A stretch of DNA of 63,538 nt, the filler included, from Klebsormidium nitens (lineage: Eukaryota > Plantae > Klebsormidiophyceae), in assembly GCA_000708835.1 (NCBI GenBank). It is 5 parts of 5 records of this genome, joined end to end, with 100 filler letters (N's around TTAATTAATTAA, not from the genome) between each part and the next. Parts side by side here need not be neighbours in the genome. Positions count along the whole stretch, not along the records: positions 1 to 10,662 come from DF237966.1; positions 10,763 to 26,666 come from DF238032.1; 3 more parts are not named here. One strand, given 5' to 3'. A program made the position numbers and the translations under genes. Below are positions 9,969 to 21,311 of this stretch, piece after piece. Positions within the stretch are counted from its first letter, which is position 1, and every line of letters starts with the position of its first letter. The notes under the pieces were generated by a model. The model saw only the letters and a list, made by a program, of their open reading frames with translations, did no database searches and was not told the origin of the DNA.

Positions 9969-10662
9969 ATGGAGGGGCTCCGAGCGTTTCACAACGTGGT
10001 GAAGGAGACCCTGCTGTCTGAAGCTCTCTCGAGATGCAGGAACGGCAGGGACTTGAAGGTGTTGGACCTCGCGTGCGGGTGCTTGGGGGACGTGCATAAG
10101 TACGACCGCACCGGTAGGATCCGCAGGGTCGTTGGGCTCGACGTTGACGGGAAGGCGCTCGAAGAGGCGGAGAGGCGCAGCAGACCGTATGCTGGGAGGA
10201 TGGACGTCAGCTTACTACCTCCTATCGACTGTAGGGACCTCGATCTCGCGTCCGAAGCGCTGGGCGGCGAGAGATTCGACCTGCTGGTCTGCAATTTCGC
10301 CGTGCAGTACTTCACAACCGGGCCCAAGGAGACGGCCCGCTTCGCGTGCTTCATCAAAGGACACCTGGACGGTCCTCGTTCGATATTCATCGGTTGTGCG
10401 ATGAACGGAGACAAGGTGGACCTCATATCGGACGCCAGCGGGACGTTCGCCAACGACATCATCGGCGTACAAAGGGAGGGAGAGACGTTCGCGGTCGCGA
10501 TGAACGAGAGGACCAGATACTATGCGAAGCAGGGGGCGAGCATATCGGAACCGATATTCCGTCCGGAGAGTCTCATCACGGGGGCTCTCGAGTCGGGGCT
10601 TCGACTGCTGGATTGGAGGTCTTTTGCGGAATACGGTTGGCCCGCGCGTTACTCGCCCGCGC
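9969..10662 (+). CDS. mRNA cap guanine-N7 methyltransferase, stand-alone; 3' end lost in gap
   Basis: LRAFHNVVK, VLDLACGCLGDVHKY, VVGLDV, FDLLVCNFAVQY and FIGC match cap N7-methyltransferase motifs. Confidence 0.88.
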
Positions 10663-10762
10663 NNNNNNNNNNNNNNNNNNNNNNNNNNNNNNNNNNNNNN
10701 NNNNNNTTAATTAATTAANNNNNNNNNNNNNNNNNNNNNNNNNNNNNNNNNNNNNNNNNNNN
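10663..10762. other. Assembly contig-join spacer (44 N + TTAATTAATTAA + 44 N); identical spacers at 26667-26766, 41766-41865 and 45101-45200
   Basis: The same 100-bp construct with a six-frame stop linker occurs four times. Confidence 0.97.
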
Positions 10763-11768
10763 GTTTACGACCCTCCCCGCCCATGCACAGGAGCTGTGCC
10801 TCGGGCTTCTCCTGCAACTCGTGCGTCTGGCCCCTCTCGTGACGAATCCGGAGGGGAGTGACGGCACGGAGACGGCAAAAGAAATACTCGGCAGACTTTC
10901 TGGTGCCGCTCGGACTTATTTGACGTCCGAGCAACCCCCCTTCCTGGTGCGCCTCCTCGAAAAACAGAAGGTCTCCCCGGATGATACCATCCAGCACGCC
11001 TGGAATGCAAAGTGGACCCTAGAACTCGGGGAGATCCTGGGGTGTGGCGAGGCTGCAGCGTGGCTCCGGGGCATCGAGACGGCTAGGGGGGTCGACAAAC
11101 TATTGGCGAAGGCCACCCAGTTGGAGGAGGGTGGCACGTCCGCGGAGGCAACGCGGGCGCAGAAGAGCGAAAGCAAGAGGGTTCGGGAGGTACGGCAGGC
11201 GCCTGCGAAGAAGCCCAAGGCCACGGTGGTCGGGGGCGAAAAGGTACGATCGAAGGCACGCGTCGAGGCGCCGGTCGAGGAAACGTCCGAAGAGCACGAG
11301 CGAGCTACGCAGGGGTCGGAAGCGGACGGAGGCAATCTCGAAGCAGAGGAGGAGAGAATCCGGGCGCAGTTCGAGGAGCTGGAGCGGGCCAAGAAGGGAT
11401 TCGAAGCGGAGAGGGCTGAGATAGAGGGAGGACAGGCGAGTCTCCGGGCGCAGTACGAAGAGCTGGAGCGGGCCAAGAAGAGCTTCGAAGCGGAGAGGGA
11501 GAAGTGTGAGGAAGAGAAAGCGATTCTGCGAGCGCGGTTAGAGGAGCTGGACCAGGTTGATGCGGCGGAGGCGGCGCCGAATGAGAAGGGCAATGAGCAG
11601 CGTGATCAATCGGAGGATCTGGAGACAGCATCGAAGGAGCTCGAGAAGGACAAATGGCACACAAAAAGTCTACTTGGAAGTATACCATCAGCATACTTAT
11701 GCAAGTCATGGACGCAAGTATGCATGAGAATACACATGCATGATCTTGAAAGCTACCGTTCCGAGTAA
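10763..11768 (+). CDS. 5'-truncated Glu/Ala-rich coiled-coil protein with a 28-aa internal repeat
   Basis: The frame is open back to the gap. RAQFEELERAKKGFEAER and RAQYEELERAKKSFEAER recur 84 bp apart (11361 and 11445). Confidence 0.5.
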
Positions 11769-12339
11769 GTAATCGAAGCGCGTTCAAACGAAGCACAGAT
11801 AGGACCAAGCTGTGAAGACTGTACTGTTTATAAGACCGCATATGATGCATTCATCTACAGTAGCTTTTGTAATGATCACGTCCAACTTCTGAGTGCGCGG
11901 ATCTGAGTGTATATTTATAAAGGAGTTCACTGGATCAATGTCGTAGATGGCTCTCATGAAGAGCATCAGGCACATCAGGCCTTATGTAGTCACTTTATGT
12001 GATTGCTATATTCATCCTGCCCCTAACTTCTGACATAACAACACTCGACTTTACCATAGGATTCAATCCCCACATCCGTGCGCTGTTATGTTCAAACTTC
12101 ACAATCTTGTTTTACGCTGGGCGTCTATGCTATAACATCTTCCTCACTCTGCTAAATATTTCAACTCTATTGTTAATACCCCACCGGCAAAGCGTCGCTC
12201 GGCGTTTACCACATCATCTTTGCCGCGCTCAGCAGTACCACAAATCAGCATCTAACATCAGTTTTTACAACCCGCCTGCGAAAATTCGCTCAGCATTTAC
12301 ATAGTATCTCCCCCTCGCTCAAGAATACCAGAAAGCCGT

Positions 12340-12672
12340 GACCACAAACTGAGCTGACGAAGCCTCGCTCGGCTTAGTCGTACTACCAAACTCTAATTCT
12401 AAGACGAAGTTCTTAACCACAGACTCAATCAACCCGCCGGCAAAGCCTCGCTCGGCTCGGTCGTACCAGGACTCCAAATTTAAGACGAAGTTCTTAACCA
12501 CAAACTCAATCAACCCGCTGGCGAAGCCTCACCCGGCTCAGTCTTACCAGACCTAGGACGAAAGTTTTAACCACAGACTCATATGTCCAGCCTGACAAAG
12601 CCTCGCTCGGCTCAGTCGAACCGGAACTAGGACGAATGTGTATACCACAAACTCAATCACCCCGCTGACGAA
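12340..12672. repeat. Degenerate tandem repeat, ~74-83-bp unit, ~4.5 copies
   Basis: AAGCCTCGCTCGGCT-like anchors at 12360, 12443, 12524 and 12598, with recurring GACGAAGTTCTTAACCACA(A/G)ACTCAATCAACCCGC. Confidence 0.9.
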
Positions 12673-13641
12673 TCGGCATCTATCAATAAACCTGCCCCTT
12701 GCTCAGCAATACCAGAAATAGCAAGCAAGTTATGACTTCAACCCTAACTTTGATAACACTCCGACGAAGTTTCGCTCTACATTTTCGAGATCATGGAGCC
12801 TGAAACATCTGCCCCAGAGCCTGCCCGGACGTCCGTAGAGGCGGGCTTCCAAAGGTCCCCTTGAGTCCAGTCAAAATGGCTGCACGAACGGGAGGGGTCG
12901 TGAGTCGGCGAAGGGCAAACTGTATAATTTCAATGATTGCAACATTTTTGGCAACAATTGCAAAAATCAAGCAAGAAAGCCTGTCTTTGGCTTCTCACCA
13001 GATCCACCATCCGGAGAGTTGACGCCACCGGGACTTGTAAGACTGCCCTCCGCTGCGTGGAGGAAAACTCGTATGGTTTAGCATCCTGTTCCGTCTTTGT
13101 CAAAAGCGTCGACTATGTATTATAGCAGGGGAATCACAACCCACAGAAGAAGCAACAGAGACGAAGCAGCTGCTCACCTGGCAGTAGATTGTAATCAGGG
13201 ATGTCCATCACATTCCAAGCTGGCACGTCGAGATCCTGCGTGCTGCTGCCGTCTGTCTTGACACGACCTGTAAGGAAAAACAGTCCTCCGGATCATGAGT
13301 ACTTGATCGTACCAACTTTCAGTAGAACACCAATTGTACCTCTCAAGAACAGCGGATCCGATGAGACAGGTGCGTCTGCGATTGATTCCCAAAGGTGTAT
13401 CTCATGGTCTCATCTAGCTACATCACTCACCATCCTGAAAGAGGGCAGCAGTCCCTTCCTGCATCAAACCCACGCCTGCATAGAGATGTGTTGTCTCATC
13501 AACACAGATTCGGTCGGTTTCCATCAGAACCAAGCGAAACATTGCCGTTGTACCGCATCAAGTGCCTGCATTGGCTTCCACATAGAAGGACAGCTATCCA
13601 GGGTTTCTGACTTCATAATCAGTGCTAACGCCGAGATTCAC

Positions 13642-13796
13642 CTGCCACTGGGTCTCCCATGGCACAGAGTTGGCGAACTTGGTCTCTGAGTTCTCTATCT
13701 TTGGCCTCGTTCACTTCTTCAAGGAACTGTACTCGCCTCGTCAGAGCACCTATCTCCTCCCTTAGAGATTTCAATTCGGTACTCAGCGCCTCGCAC
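13642..13796 (-). CDS. Probable internal exon (coiled coil) of a spliced host-type gene spanning ~12.7-14.6 kb
   Basis: Flanked on the minus strand by TCACAG| and |GTGAAT; encodes CEALSTELKSLREEIGALTRRVQFLEE. Further donors CAG|GTGAGC (~13177) and CAG|GTAAGG (~14222). Confidence 0.35.
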
Positions 13797-15857
13797 CTGT
13801 GACAAGACAGCAACACATCACTGCTAATTGTCAAGATCTGCAAAACCTCTCTTCCTTTGGCTACAACCTAAAGCAAGAGTAGAGCGTTCGCATTTAGTCT
13901 TGTCTTGCCTGTAATAAAGCGTAGGGGGTTCTCATTCAATTCAGTTCAGGGAAACCATCTGTTGCTCACCATCGAATTTGTGCAGCCTCCTCAGAAGTTT
14001 TATGAGGCGGTGACGTGTAGGAGCGGCGCATTATGTATCACGAAGAGAGAGCGTGAACGTCGCTGAAAAGGGCGCAGTGTGCCGTGCTGCAGGCTGTTCA
14101 GAAGGGATGTTGATTGCGACAGAAAAGTGGCGCCCTTATTGTCAAGGAGACGCATTGCTGGTCGGGGCTCAGTGTTCTTTGATGTTGTGAAGTCTTTGTC
14201 ACCATTATCGAGGTCTCCTTACCTGCGCGTAAAGCTGACGTCAACTTGTCAACATAACGTCCTTGCAAAGTTTCGAGCTGACCTGGGGCAGTTCCAACTT
14301 CCTCCTGCTTGGTTGATACGGTGCCACTGGGGGGGGGAGATGATTGCTTTTTCCTCTGCATGCATTCTGCGGCTTTGTTTTATTGATGCGCAACTGGCTG
14401 TTTTTGAGATGCAGGGACTGAAGAGGGATGCTAGGTGGAGGCTTCTGCGTATATTTCGCGCTGCCGCGTTCTGATCCACATGGTGCTGACTTGGCTTACA
14501 ATGACGGATCCAGTCGGATTGGGACACGTTTGTGCTTTCCGGACACGTGGTATAAACCGTCAATTAGGAGGTTGAAATCCGCTTACGTGGGACTCAAGAG
14601 CTACCGGTACAATCTTTCCCCGGTCTGCATTCGTCGTGAGTCGACGCTCTGAAAATTGCCCGGGGAATTTAGGCGGTTGAGAGTACCAGCATGGTTACCT
14701 ACCAATCTGGGTTTCGTCTGTATGCTGTTCTTTAGCCTAACATTTTGATATCAGATGCCGCACGTGAGCATTCGGGGTAGGTCATTACTTTCACCACATC
14801 TAAAAGTTGACTTCCACTNNNNNNNNNNNNNNNNNNNNNNNNNNNNNNNNNNNNNNNNNNNNNNNNNNNNNNNNNNNNNNNNNNNNNNNNNNNNNNNNNN
14901 NNNNNNNNNNNNNNNNNNNNNNNNNNNNNNNNNNNNNNNNNNNNNNNNNNNNNNNNNNNNNNNNNNNNNNNNNNNNNNNNNNNNNNNNNNNNNNNNNNNN
15001 NNNNNNNNNNNNNNNNNNNNNNNNNNNNNNNNNNNNNNNNNNNNNNNNNNNNNNNNNNNNNNNNNNNNNNNNNNNNNNNNNNNNNNNNNNNNNNNNNNNN
15101 NNNNNNNNNNNNNNNNNNNNNNNNNNNNNNNNNNNNNNNNNNNNNNNNNNNNNNNNNNNNNNNNNNNNNNNNNNNNNNNNNNNNNNNNNNNNNNNNNNNN
15201 NNNNNNNNNNNNNNNNNNNNNNNNNNNNNNNNNNNNNNNNNNNNNNNNNNNNNNNNNNNNNNNNNNNNNNNNNNNNNNNNNNNNNNNNNNNNNNNNNNNN
15301 NNNNNNNNNNNNNNNNNNNNNNNNNNNTGGGAAACCCTGCTTCCACTACGGCCGATTCTCCGTAACCTTCATCCCAATGTTTGTCTATCAAATACATCAT
15401 GTACCATTTTGCAGTGTCGCAAAAACGTACAGGAAATCGCACCCGTACTCGCGTGCGGGAATTCGAAAGGACGTCGGCTCCTCGAGGGGCGCGCACGCTT
15501 CAACTTTTCCAGCCCAATCGGATCATCACAGGCTAAGTCGGTGCTTTCAGCATAGATCAACAGCTGCGGTGAGACCTAGCTCAGAGACCAGGAAGCCACT
15601 GACTACCTATCAGTGAACAGGAACGACCACGCCACCTTGCTTATCAGCTGGCCTGTCCCCCCAGCTCCAATGTGCTTATGGGCGCTCCTTCCTTAGCTTT
15701 CAGCGGCGTCAGCATCCGTACTTCACCCCCTTTCAGTGAGAAGAACAGGTGAGGCCAAGCTCGGGATCAGGATCGATTTATTGACTACAATGTAATGTCT
15801 GAGCTTCGTAGTAGGCGTGGGATTGCTTTTTCAGCCGTATGTCAGCTGGGCTGCCAC

Positions 15858-16850
15858 CAATGTCTTCTGGGGTTCCTAATGCAAACATCGATACCTGTCA
15901 GCTTGATCAGCATGATTGTTATCTCCTTAGCTCCCATGTCTTCTGGGGTTTCCTGTTTCAAGCGTCAACATCAGTCAGCTTGATCTGCATATAACGTCTG
16001 TCACAGTAAGAGCCTGAGCTCATTAGACGGGAAACTCCATTGAAATCAGCATAAATACTGAACAGGATGCCCTATAGCAATGTCTGGAGTGGTATTTCCC
16101 TGCCATTTTGCTTATCAGTTCAACNNNNNNNNNNNNNNNNNNNNNNNNNNNNNNNNNNNNNNNNNNNNNNNNNNNNNNNNNNNNNNNNNNNNNNNNNNNN
16201 NNNNNNNNNNNNNNNNNNNNNNNNNNNNNNNNNNNNNNNNNNNNNNNNNNNNNNNNNNNNNNNNNNNNNNNNNNNNNNNNNNNNNNNNNNNNNNNNNNNN
16301 NNNNNNNNNNNNNNNNNNNNNNNNNNNNNNNNNNNNNNNNNNNNNNNNNNNNNNNNNNNNNNNNNNNNNNNNNNNNNNNNNNNNNNNNNNNNNNNNNNNN
16401 NNNNNNNNNNNNNNNNNNNNNNNNNNNNNNNNNNNNNNNNNNNNNNNNNNNNNNNNNNNNNNNNNNNNNNNNNNNNNNNNNNNNNNNNNNNNNNNNNNNN
16501 NNNNNNNNNNNNNNNNNNNNNNNNNNNNNNNNNNNNNNNNNNNNNNNNNNNNNNNNNNNNNNNNNNNNNNNNNNNNNNNNNNNNNNNNNNNNNNNNNNNN
16601 NNNNNNNNNNNNNNNNNNNNNNNNNNNNNNNNNNNNNNNNNNNNNNNNNNNNNNNNNNNNNNNNNNNNNNNNNNNNNNNNNNNNNNNNNNNNNNNNNNNN
16701 NNNNNNNNNNNNNNNNNNNNNNNNNNNNNNNNNNNNNNNNNNNNNNNNNNNNNNNNNNNNNNNNNNNNNNNNNNNNNNNNNNNNNNNNNNNNNNNNNAGT
16801 CTCATTTTCTCTGGGATTCCCTGTTGAGCACGTCCGTCAGCTTGAACGTT
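15858..16850. repeat. Degenerate ~75-bp repeat family on both sides of an N gap
   Basis: ATGTCTTCTGGGGTT(T)CCT...GTCAGCTTGATC occurs at ~15860 and ~15936; related CTGGGATTCCCTG...GTCAGCTTGA lies after the gap at ~16812-16848. Confidence 0.5.
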
Positions 16851-17033
16851 GATCGGAAACATCTCGATTGGATCTACCTTGCAGGCTGCGCTGCTCGACC
16901 AGCCAAGCTTATATCAAGCCCGTGCTCAACGTCCCATGAGAAATTGACTCCTTTTCAATGGGGAGAAAAACTGCAGAGGTAGGTTTAGATCATATAATGA
17001 AACAGAGCGTACTGCACTGTACACCTGGGCAAA

Positions 17034-18014
17034 ATGTTTTGTGGTATTGTGTGGGGTTTCTTTTCTCCACAAAATCTCCGTTTTTGCACGTGCTTATCTT
17101 GTTTCTATCATCAGCATCTGAGCTCTATCATCGTGAGCATCCATTTCGACGAAACCGTCATTGTGCAGTCTGGAGCGGCGATCGAAGAACTTGAAGATCC
17201 GGCTTGGTATCCCGAGCTGGATTCGATTGATCCGATCAATCGTCGTCAGGTCATGAGGACATGCCCATCGACGGGGAGGGCACGTAGGTGCGGGTATTTG
17301 ACTGTCGTGCGCGGGAAGAACTCGACGAGATACAAAGTTAAAGGGAGGATAACTGTAATGCGTACCAAAATGGTAGTCAGGGACTGGTTACGTGAGAGGG
17401 GGCTGCCTATTTTTGACGCAGAGGATCGGATCAGAATGGAAGATGGTTTCAATGCGAACTTTTCGGTAGTCGACGACCCTACGGAGAGCCTGGATTATGA
17501 AGGAAGACCGCCGCCCCCGCAGCAGCCCCAGCGACCGCAGCAGCAGCAAGTTGAGCACGAATTGGGGGGTGGAGCTAGGCACACGGACGATCAGCAGCAG
17601 AAGGACGAAATCAGCGACCAGGGCAGTGAAGGACCGTCTGCCGTTTGGGGAATCAATAATTTTTCAGCCATACTGCGGGACTGTCCGCCCATGGACAGTG
17701 ACGAGATCTGCAACTTGGACCTGAGCAACGACGTGGACCTGATAAACCTGGACGGCGTGTTCGGCTGGAATGACGAGGTGACTTCGCCGTCGTCGCTGCC
17801 GCCCGTTGACTTGGGCACGAGGACCCGCCCGTCCGTCGTGCTAGGTCCGCGTCAACAATTTTTGGCCGCATCGATGAGGTACTTCATGCGCGTTGTGGGA
17901 AGCGCGAAGAAGCAGTTGAAGGGTTGCAAAGACACGCGCCAGCAGATGTTGCTGGAGTTAATCGGTTCAAACTTGCAGTTGGTGAGGGAAGTTCAACGTT
18001 GCATTTTGCAGTAA
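17034..18014 (+). CDS. Hypothetical protein, probably a terminal exon; Gln/Pro-rich middle
   Basis: 326-codon open frame with a pyrimidine-rich ...ATCAG acceptor near 17113. YLTVVRGKNSTRYKVKGRITVMRTKMVVRDWL is faintly MBD-like. Confidence 0.45.
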   Translation: MFCGIVWGFFSPQNLRFCTCLSCFYHQHLSSIIVSIHFDETVIVQSGAAIEELEDPAWYPELDSIDPINRRQVMRTCPSTGRARRCGYLTVVRGKNSTRYKVKGRITVMRTKMVVRDWLRERGLPIFDAEDRIRMEDGFNANFSVVDDPTESLDYEGRPPPPQQPQRPQQQQVEHELGGGARHTDDQQQKDEISDQGSEGPSAVWGINNFSAILRDCPPMDSDEICNLDLSNDVDLINLDGVFGWNDEVTSPSSLPPVDLGTRTRPSVVLGPRQQFLAASMRYFMRVVGSAKKQLKGCKDTRQQMLLELIGSNLQLVREVQRCILQ

Positions 18015-18436
18015 GAGAGCAGACGGAGTAAAAGCGAGTAAAACTCTGCGGTTTTGGGCGTCACCACGACGAGCAGTCCGAGAGTAGCGAGAAGTATCAA
18101 ACCCTCTTCGGTATCGTCGGTATGGTTGTATAATATGAGTGAACCTGGTGTAGATATATTTGTATAAACGACTGTGAAAGAACATAGTGTACAGCATCAC
18201 CGATGGATGAAACTTAAGTAATCCTACTCAATTTCTGTGTACCCTGCTATCTTTTTCCTCTAGCCTAGTACCAAGTCCCTCATACTTCTTGGACTAGGAG
18301 CCATCTCTCCGACCCTCTTTTGTTCACCAATGGCAGTTCCAGCACGTCCACCTGTGCCAATCAATTCTAACATGTGCGAGTGAGACCTGCCATTGCCGCG
18401 TTTCTGACTTGACTCATTTCATTGTCTTTATACAAC

Positions 18437-18925
18437 ATGGCTTCTGACTATTCATTCATGAAGGCCGGACTGCATGACGCACCGAAGGGCATAGACCCTG
18501 TGTTCGTCGCCAACGTCGAGGCCCTCGTTTATACACTCGTTGGACATGCGGCAGAGAGCGCTTGCAAGTACGCCAAACACTCTGGCAGGCACAGGGCGAG
18601 TATAAACGACGTTTTCTCCGCGCTCAGATATCAAGTGAGGCGTTTCTTGCACTACGACGCTCTGGAAAGGGACGTCAGGAGAACGGCCGAGATATTGGAC
18701 GCTCTAGCCCAGGAAGACCCAGAAGACACAGCGGAATCGGATGCAGAGTCCGCAAAGTCCGAAGAGTCCGAACATGGCGGCCTGCATGAGGCGTGCCGTT
18801 GTGACTTTTGCGGTGCCGTGGAAGCGACAAACGAAAGCTGGAACGCGTGGCAACCGAACGATCCCGCTGAGGCCTTTCACAAGCGCAAGGTTGACGAGAC
18901 GGTCGCTCGTTTCGCGACCATTTGA
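18437..18925 (+). CDS. NCLDV histone-fold-like conserved protein
   Basis: The helix pattern LVGHAAESACKYAKHSGRHRASINDVFSALRY is histone-fold-like. An acidic linker and C-terminal WNAWQPNDPAEAF match a family I recognise from green-algal viruses. Confidence 0.65.
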   Translation: MASDYSFMKAGLHDAPKGIDPVFVANVEALVYTLVGHAAESACKYAKHSGRHRASINDVFSALRYQVRRFLHYDALERDVRRTAEILDALAQEDPEDTAESDAESAKSEESEHGGLHEACRCDFCGAVEATNESWNAWQPNDPAEAFHKRKVDETVARFATI

Positions 18926-18969
18926 ATCCCGATACAGGGGCTATAATTTTCGATTGTTGTTGTAGCTCA

Positions 18970-19086
18970 ATGGCACTCCTGTTCAGTGCGCTCACCATCA
19001 TTGCCATGGCATGCTATAGCGCGATGATAGTCGCATTGATAATCGCAGTGTTGATAGACGACGAAGACGATGATGATTCGCTTTGA
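18970..19086 (+). CDS. 38-aa micro-protein: hydrophobic helix plus acidic tail
   Basis: Manual translation gives MALLFSALTIIAMACYSAMIVALIIAVLIDDEDDDDSL*, 44 bp downstream of the histone-fold gene; too short for the supplied ORF track. Confidence 0.4.
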   Translation: MALLFSALTIIAMACYSAMIVALIIAVLIDDEDDDDSL

Positions 19087-19166
19087 GTATGCGACACATT
19101 GAAATCGTTGATATGTTACACGAATACAATTTTTGGACCTACGGTCCCTTGTCTCAGAGATCGCTT

Positions 19167-20907
19167 CTAAACCTGAGTCTTAACTTGAGCTACACGTCTA
19201 GCTGGTTTTGAATCTGACGAATTGTCTAGATCGGGTGTATCAAAAGTGCAACAAGGGGGGAATCCCGGAGGGTGATCCGGTGTTCCCATCTTGATTAGCT
19301 CTGCCATCTGCGTCTCAAAGATTATGAAGCTTCCCAGGTCCGCAAACATACAGCCGTGTTGTGGAAGACAGCACGAACAACCTTCCCAGGTACAGCCCAT
19401 CAAAAACCCGTCAACCATCACGTGGTACTGACAGCGTACCGTCCTCCCATCAGCCCTGTCGAAGATGGAGAAGAGGCGTAAGTCAGGAATCTGCACCTTT
19501 TTTCTTGCATGGAAAGAGATTCTTGAGACGATCTTTGATGAGTTGAAGATTACCAGAAAGCCTTTACAGTCTGCACCGTAAACTTCCGTCCGTCAAAGCT
19601 AAAACACAATTTGAGTCGCATGGCTAGATTGTGTTGTTCACATAGTAGCGCTGCATCATTATGTAACCCCACCTCGCATTTGAAGGGCTCTTGAAGAAGG
19701 CATCCAATCCGTCCACGACGGTCCGCGGCTCTAAAAAAGTCCCCTCAGCTTCTTTTGAAGGCATAAAACTGCCAGGCAGGTTGCATGGTGCTTTGGTCGG
19801 GAAGCTATTGCCGGTGCTAGACGATGATGAGAAACGACCAGACCTACATGAGCAAGATATGTATTCAGAGGGCTTCCAGAATTCAGAAAACCGGTCCTCC
19901 GTACGTGATTATGACGATTCTGTATCAGCCCAGGAGGCCAGTCCAGCTGTTTGACGTGGTATCTATCAGCAAGCTGCCGACTCTACATCAGCTCAGGTGC
20001 CCCAGTCCAGCTGTGCTTCCAGCTCTCGGTGCTTCCAGCTCTTTATTACCATTTTCGCCCAAACTGTCGCCCCTGTTATGTAATGGGGGTCACAAGAAAA
20101 GGCGATGAATAGCAATAATGCCAGAGTTAACTGGCTATCCCTCAGCCGCCCAGCGTCCTTGGTAGGCAGAACCTGACCAGAGTAACTGGGTACTGAAGAA
20201 TACTGTTCCTTTTTGTGGACAAATACTGATGCTCCTATGCCATGCCATAGACCTCCAGCCCAAATCCAAGCGACGCTGGTACATTGCACAAAGTGCAATC
20301 GCGCTTCAGGGAAGCTCGAAGATGGGCCTTTTGATGGAGGTCTCATACCGTATGTTGACGGGGCACGCTTAGGACAGTACTAGCCACTCTTCCAGTCGGT
20401 AACAAGTGATGCTCATAATTAGAACATACAGTACATTCTGAGAATTTTCAAGGGGTTTTAAACGCACATTCAGATCTTCAGGCGTTACATATCTCAGGCG
20501 ACACTTTCGACGAAAACTGTAATAAAGTGTATCTATCAACCAGCTGCCATAAATACATGCACTCAGAGGAGCAACTGACTGCAGAGCGAACAAGAAGCAG
20601 AATCGCTTGCATGGTCTGCTCACCTGGAAGGAGCGTCCCTTGCTTCTTGTTCGCCCCCATCTGCCCAGCTCCGAATAATTGCAGCTGTTTTGGTGTTGAA
20701 GACTCTCTCAGCGTTAGCTGTCAGACTCCTTTGGCACCGTTTTTTGGATGGTGGTGGGGGGATCGACTCGATTTGTACAATCCGTGTTGACGTTGGGGTG
20801 CTGCATTCCGTCTCAGAGCAGTAGAGCGAAGGAAGACTGGGCTCCGAGGTGCACTGTACTGGAAGCCGGCGGGACCGCTTGCCTAGAGGTGTTTTTGTGC
20901 GCGCCAT
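19167..20907 (-). CDS. Probable multi-exon host- or transposon-type gene of unknown function
   Basis: Several minus-strand open segments (20907-20624, ~20346-20173, ~19496-19167) with GT/AG signals such as CCAG|GTGAGC at 20623. I could not assemble a consistent reading frame. Confidence 0.25.
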
Positions 20908-21311
20908 TTTTCTGAAGACCTAAGAGAATGAAATGAGCTCAGGACATGTTTCTATTAATTCACCAACAATCTGAAAACATGTTGACGTCACTGGCACCGC
21001 GGTTTTTGCAATGCAAAACCTAATTTCAGTACCGAGCACCGGGGGTACCATACAAGCTGTCAAATTGTACGGAGTATCGAAATTTTCACGTGACTGCCAA
21101 TTCCGAGGGTTCCACAGTCCGGTGGCTTCAACAAAACCCGCGGACTGCAGGGCGTACCGGCACCGGTGAGTCCCTTCTGGCCCTCCAAATTCAGAACCCC
21201 ACCCGAACCCTAAATAGAGAAACCTCCTCACCTGGGTCACTGCGGCCGGGGTGTCCAGATTTTACCAGCACTGTTTGCGTCGAGTACGCCTGAAATCCTT
21301 ATAGTTGAGGA

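Larger units (their letters stand above)
1..10662. mobile_element. Endogenous giant-virus (NCLDV) segment 1: glycosylation, patatin and capping genes
   Basis: Intronless, abutting or overlapping ORFs (ATGA overlap at 1010-1013). Contains an MSV199-like domain, a patatin, a cap N7-methyltransferase and a GT25+GT2 fusion, all typical NCLDV gene content. Ends at an assembly gap. Confidence 0.8.

Noticed and set aside
192-10662. Bacterial LPS/capsule operon or bacterial contaminant
   Set aside because: Mixed gene orientation, no nucleotide-sugar or export genes, and an mRNA cap methyltransferase plus an MSV199-like gene favour an NCLDV origin.
10707-10718. TTAATTAATTAA as a biological motif (four occurrences)
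   Set aside because: Always centred in exactly 44 N + 44 N; it is an assembler's six-frame-stop linker.
14732-16982. Long ORFs running through N tracts (also 36060-37008 and 46148-47661)
   Set aside because: Their length comes from X residues; they are not evidence of genes.
20620-20907. Histone H3/CENH3 suggested by the MARTKT start
   Set aside because: Similarity stops after five residues and no histone-fold sequence follows in any nearby exon I could read.
21226-21236. Telomeric repeat (AACCCTAAA)
   Set aside because: A single copy, as expected by chance.
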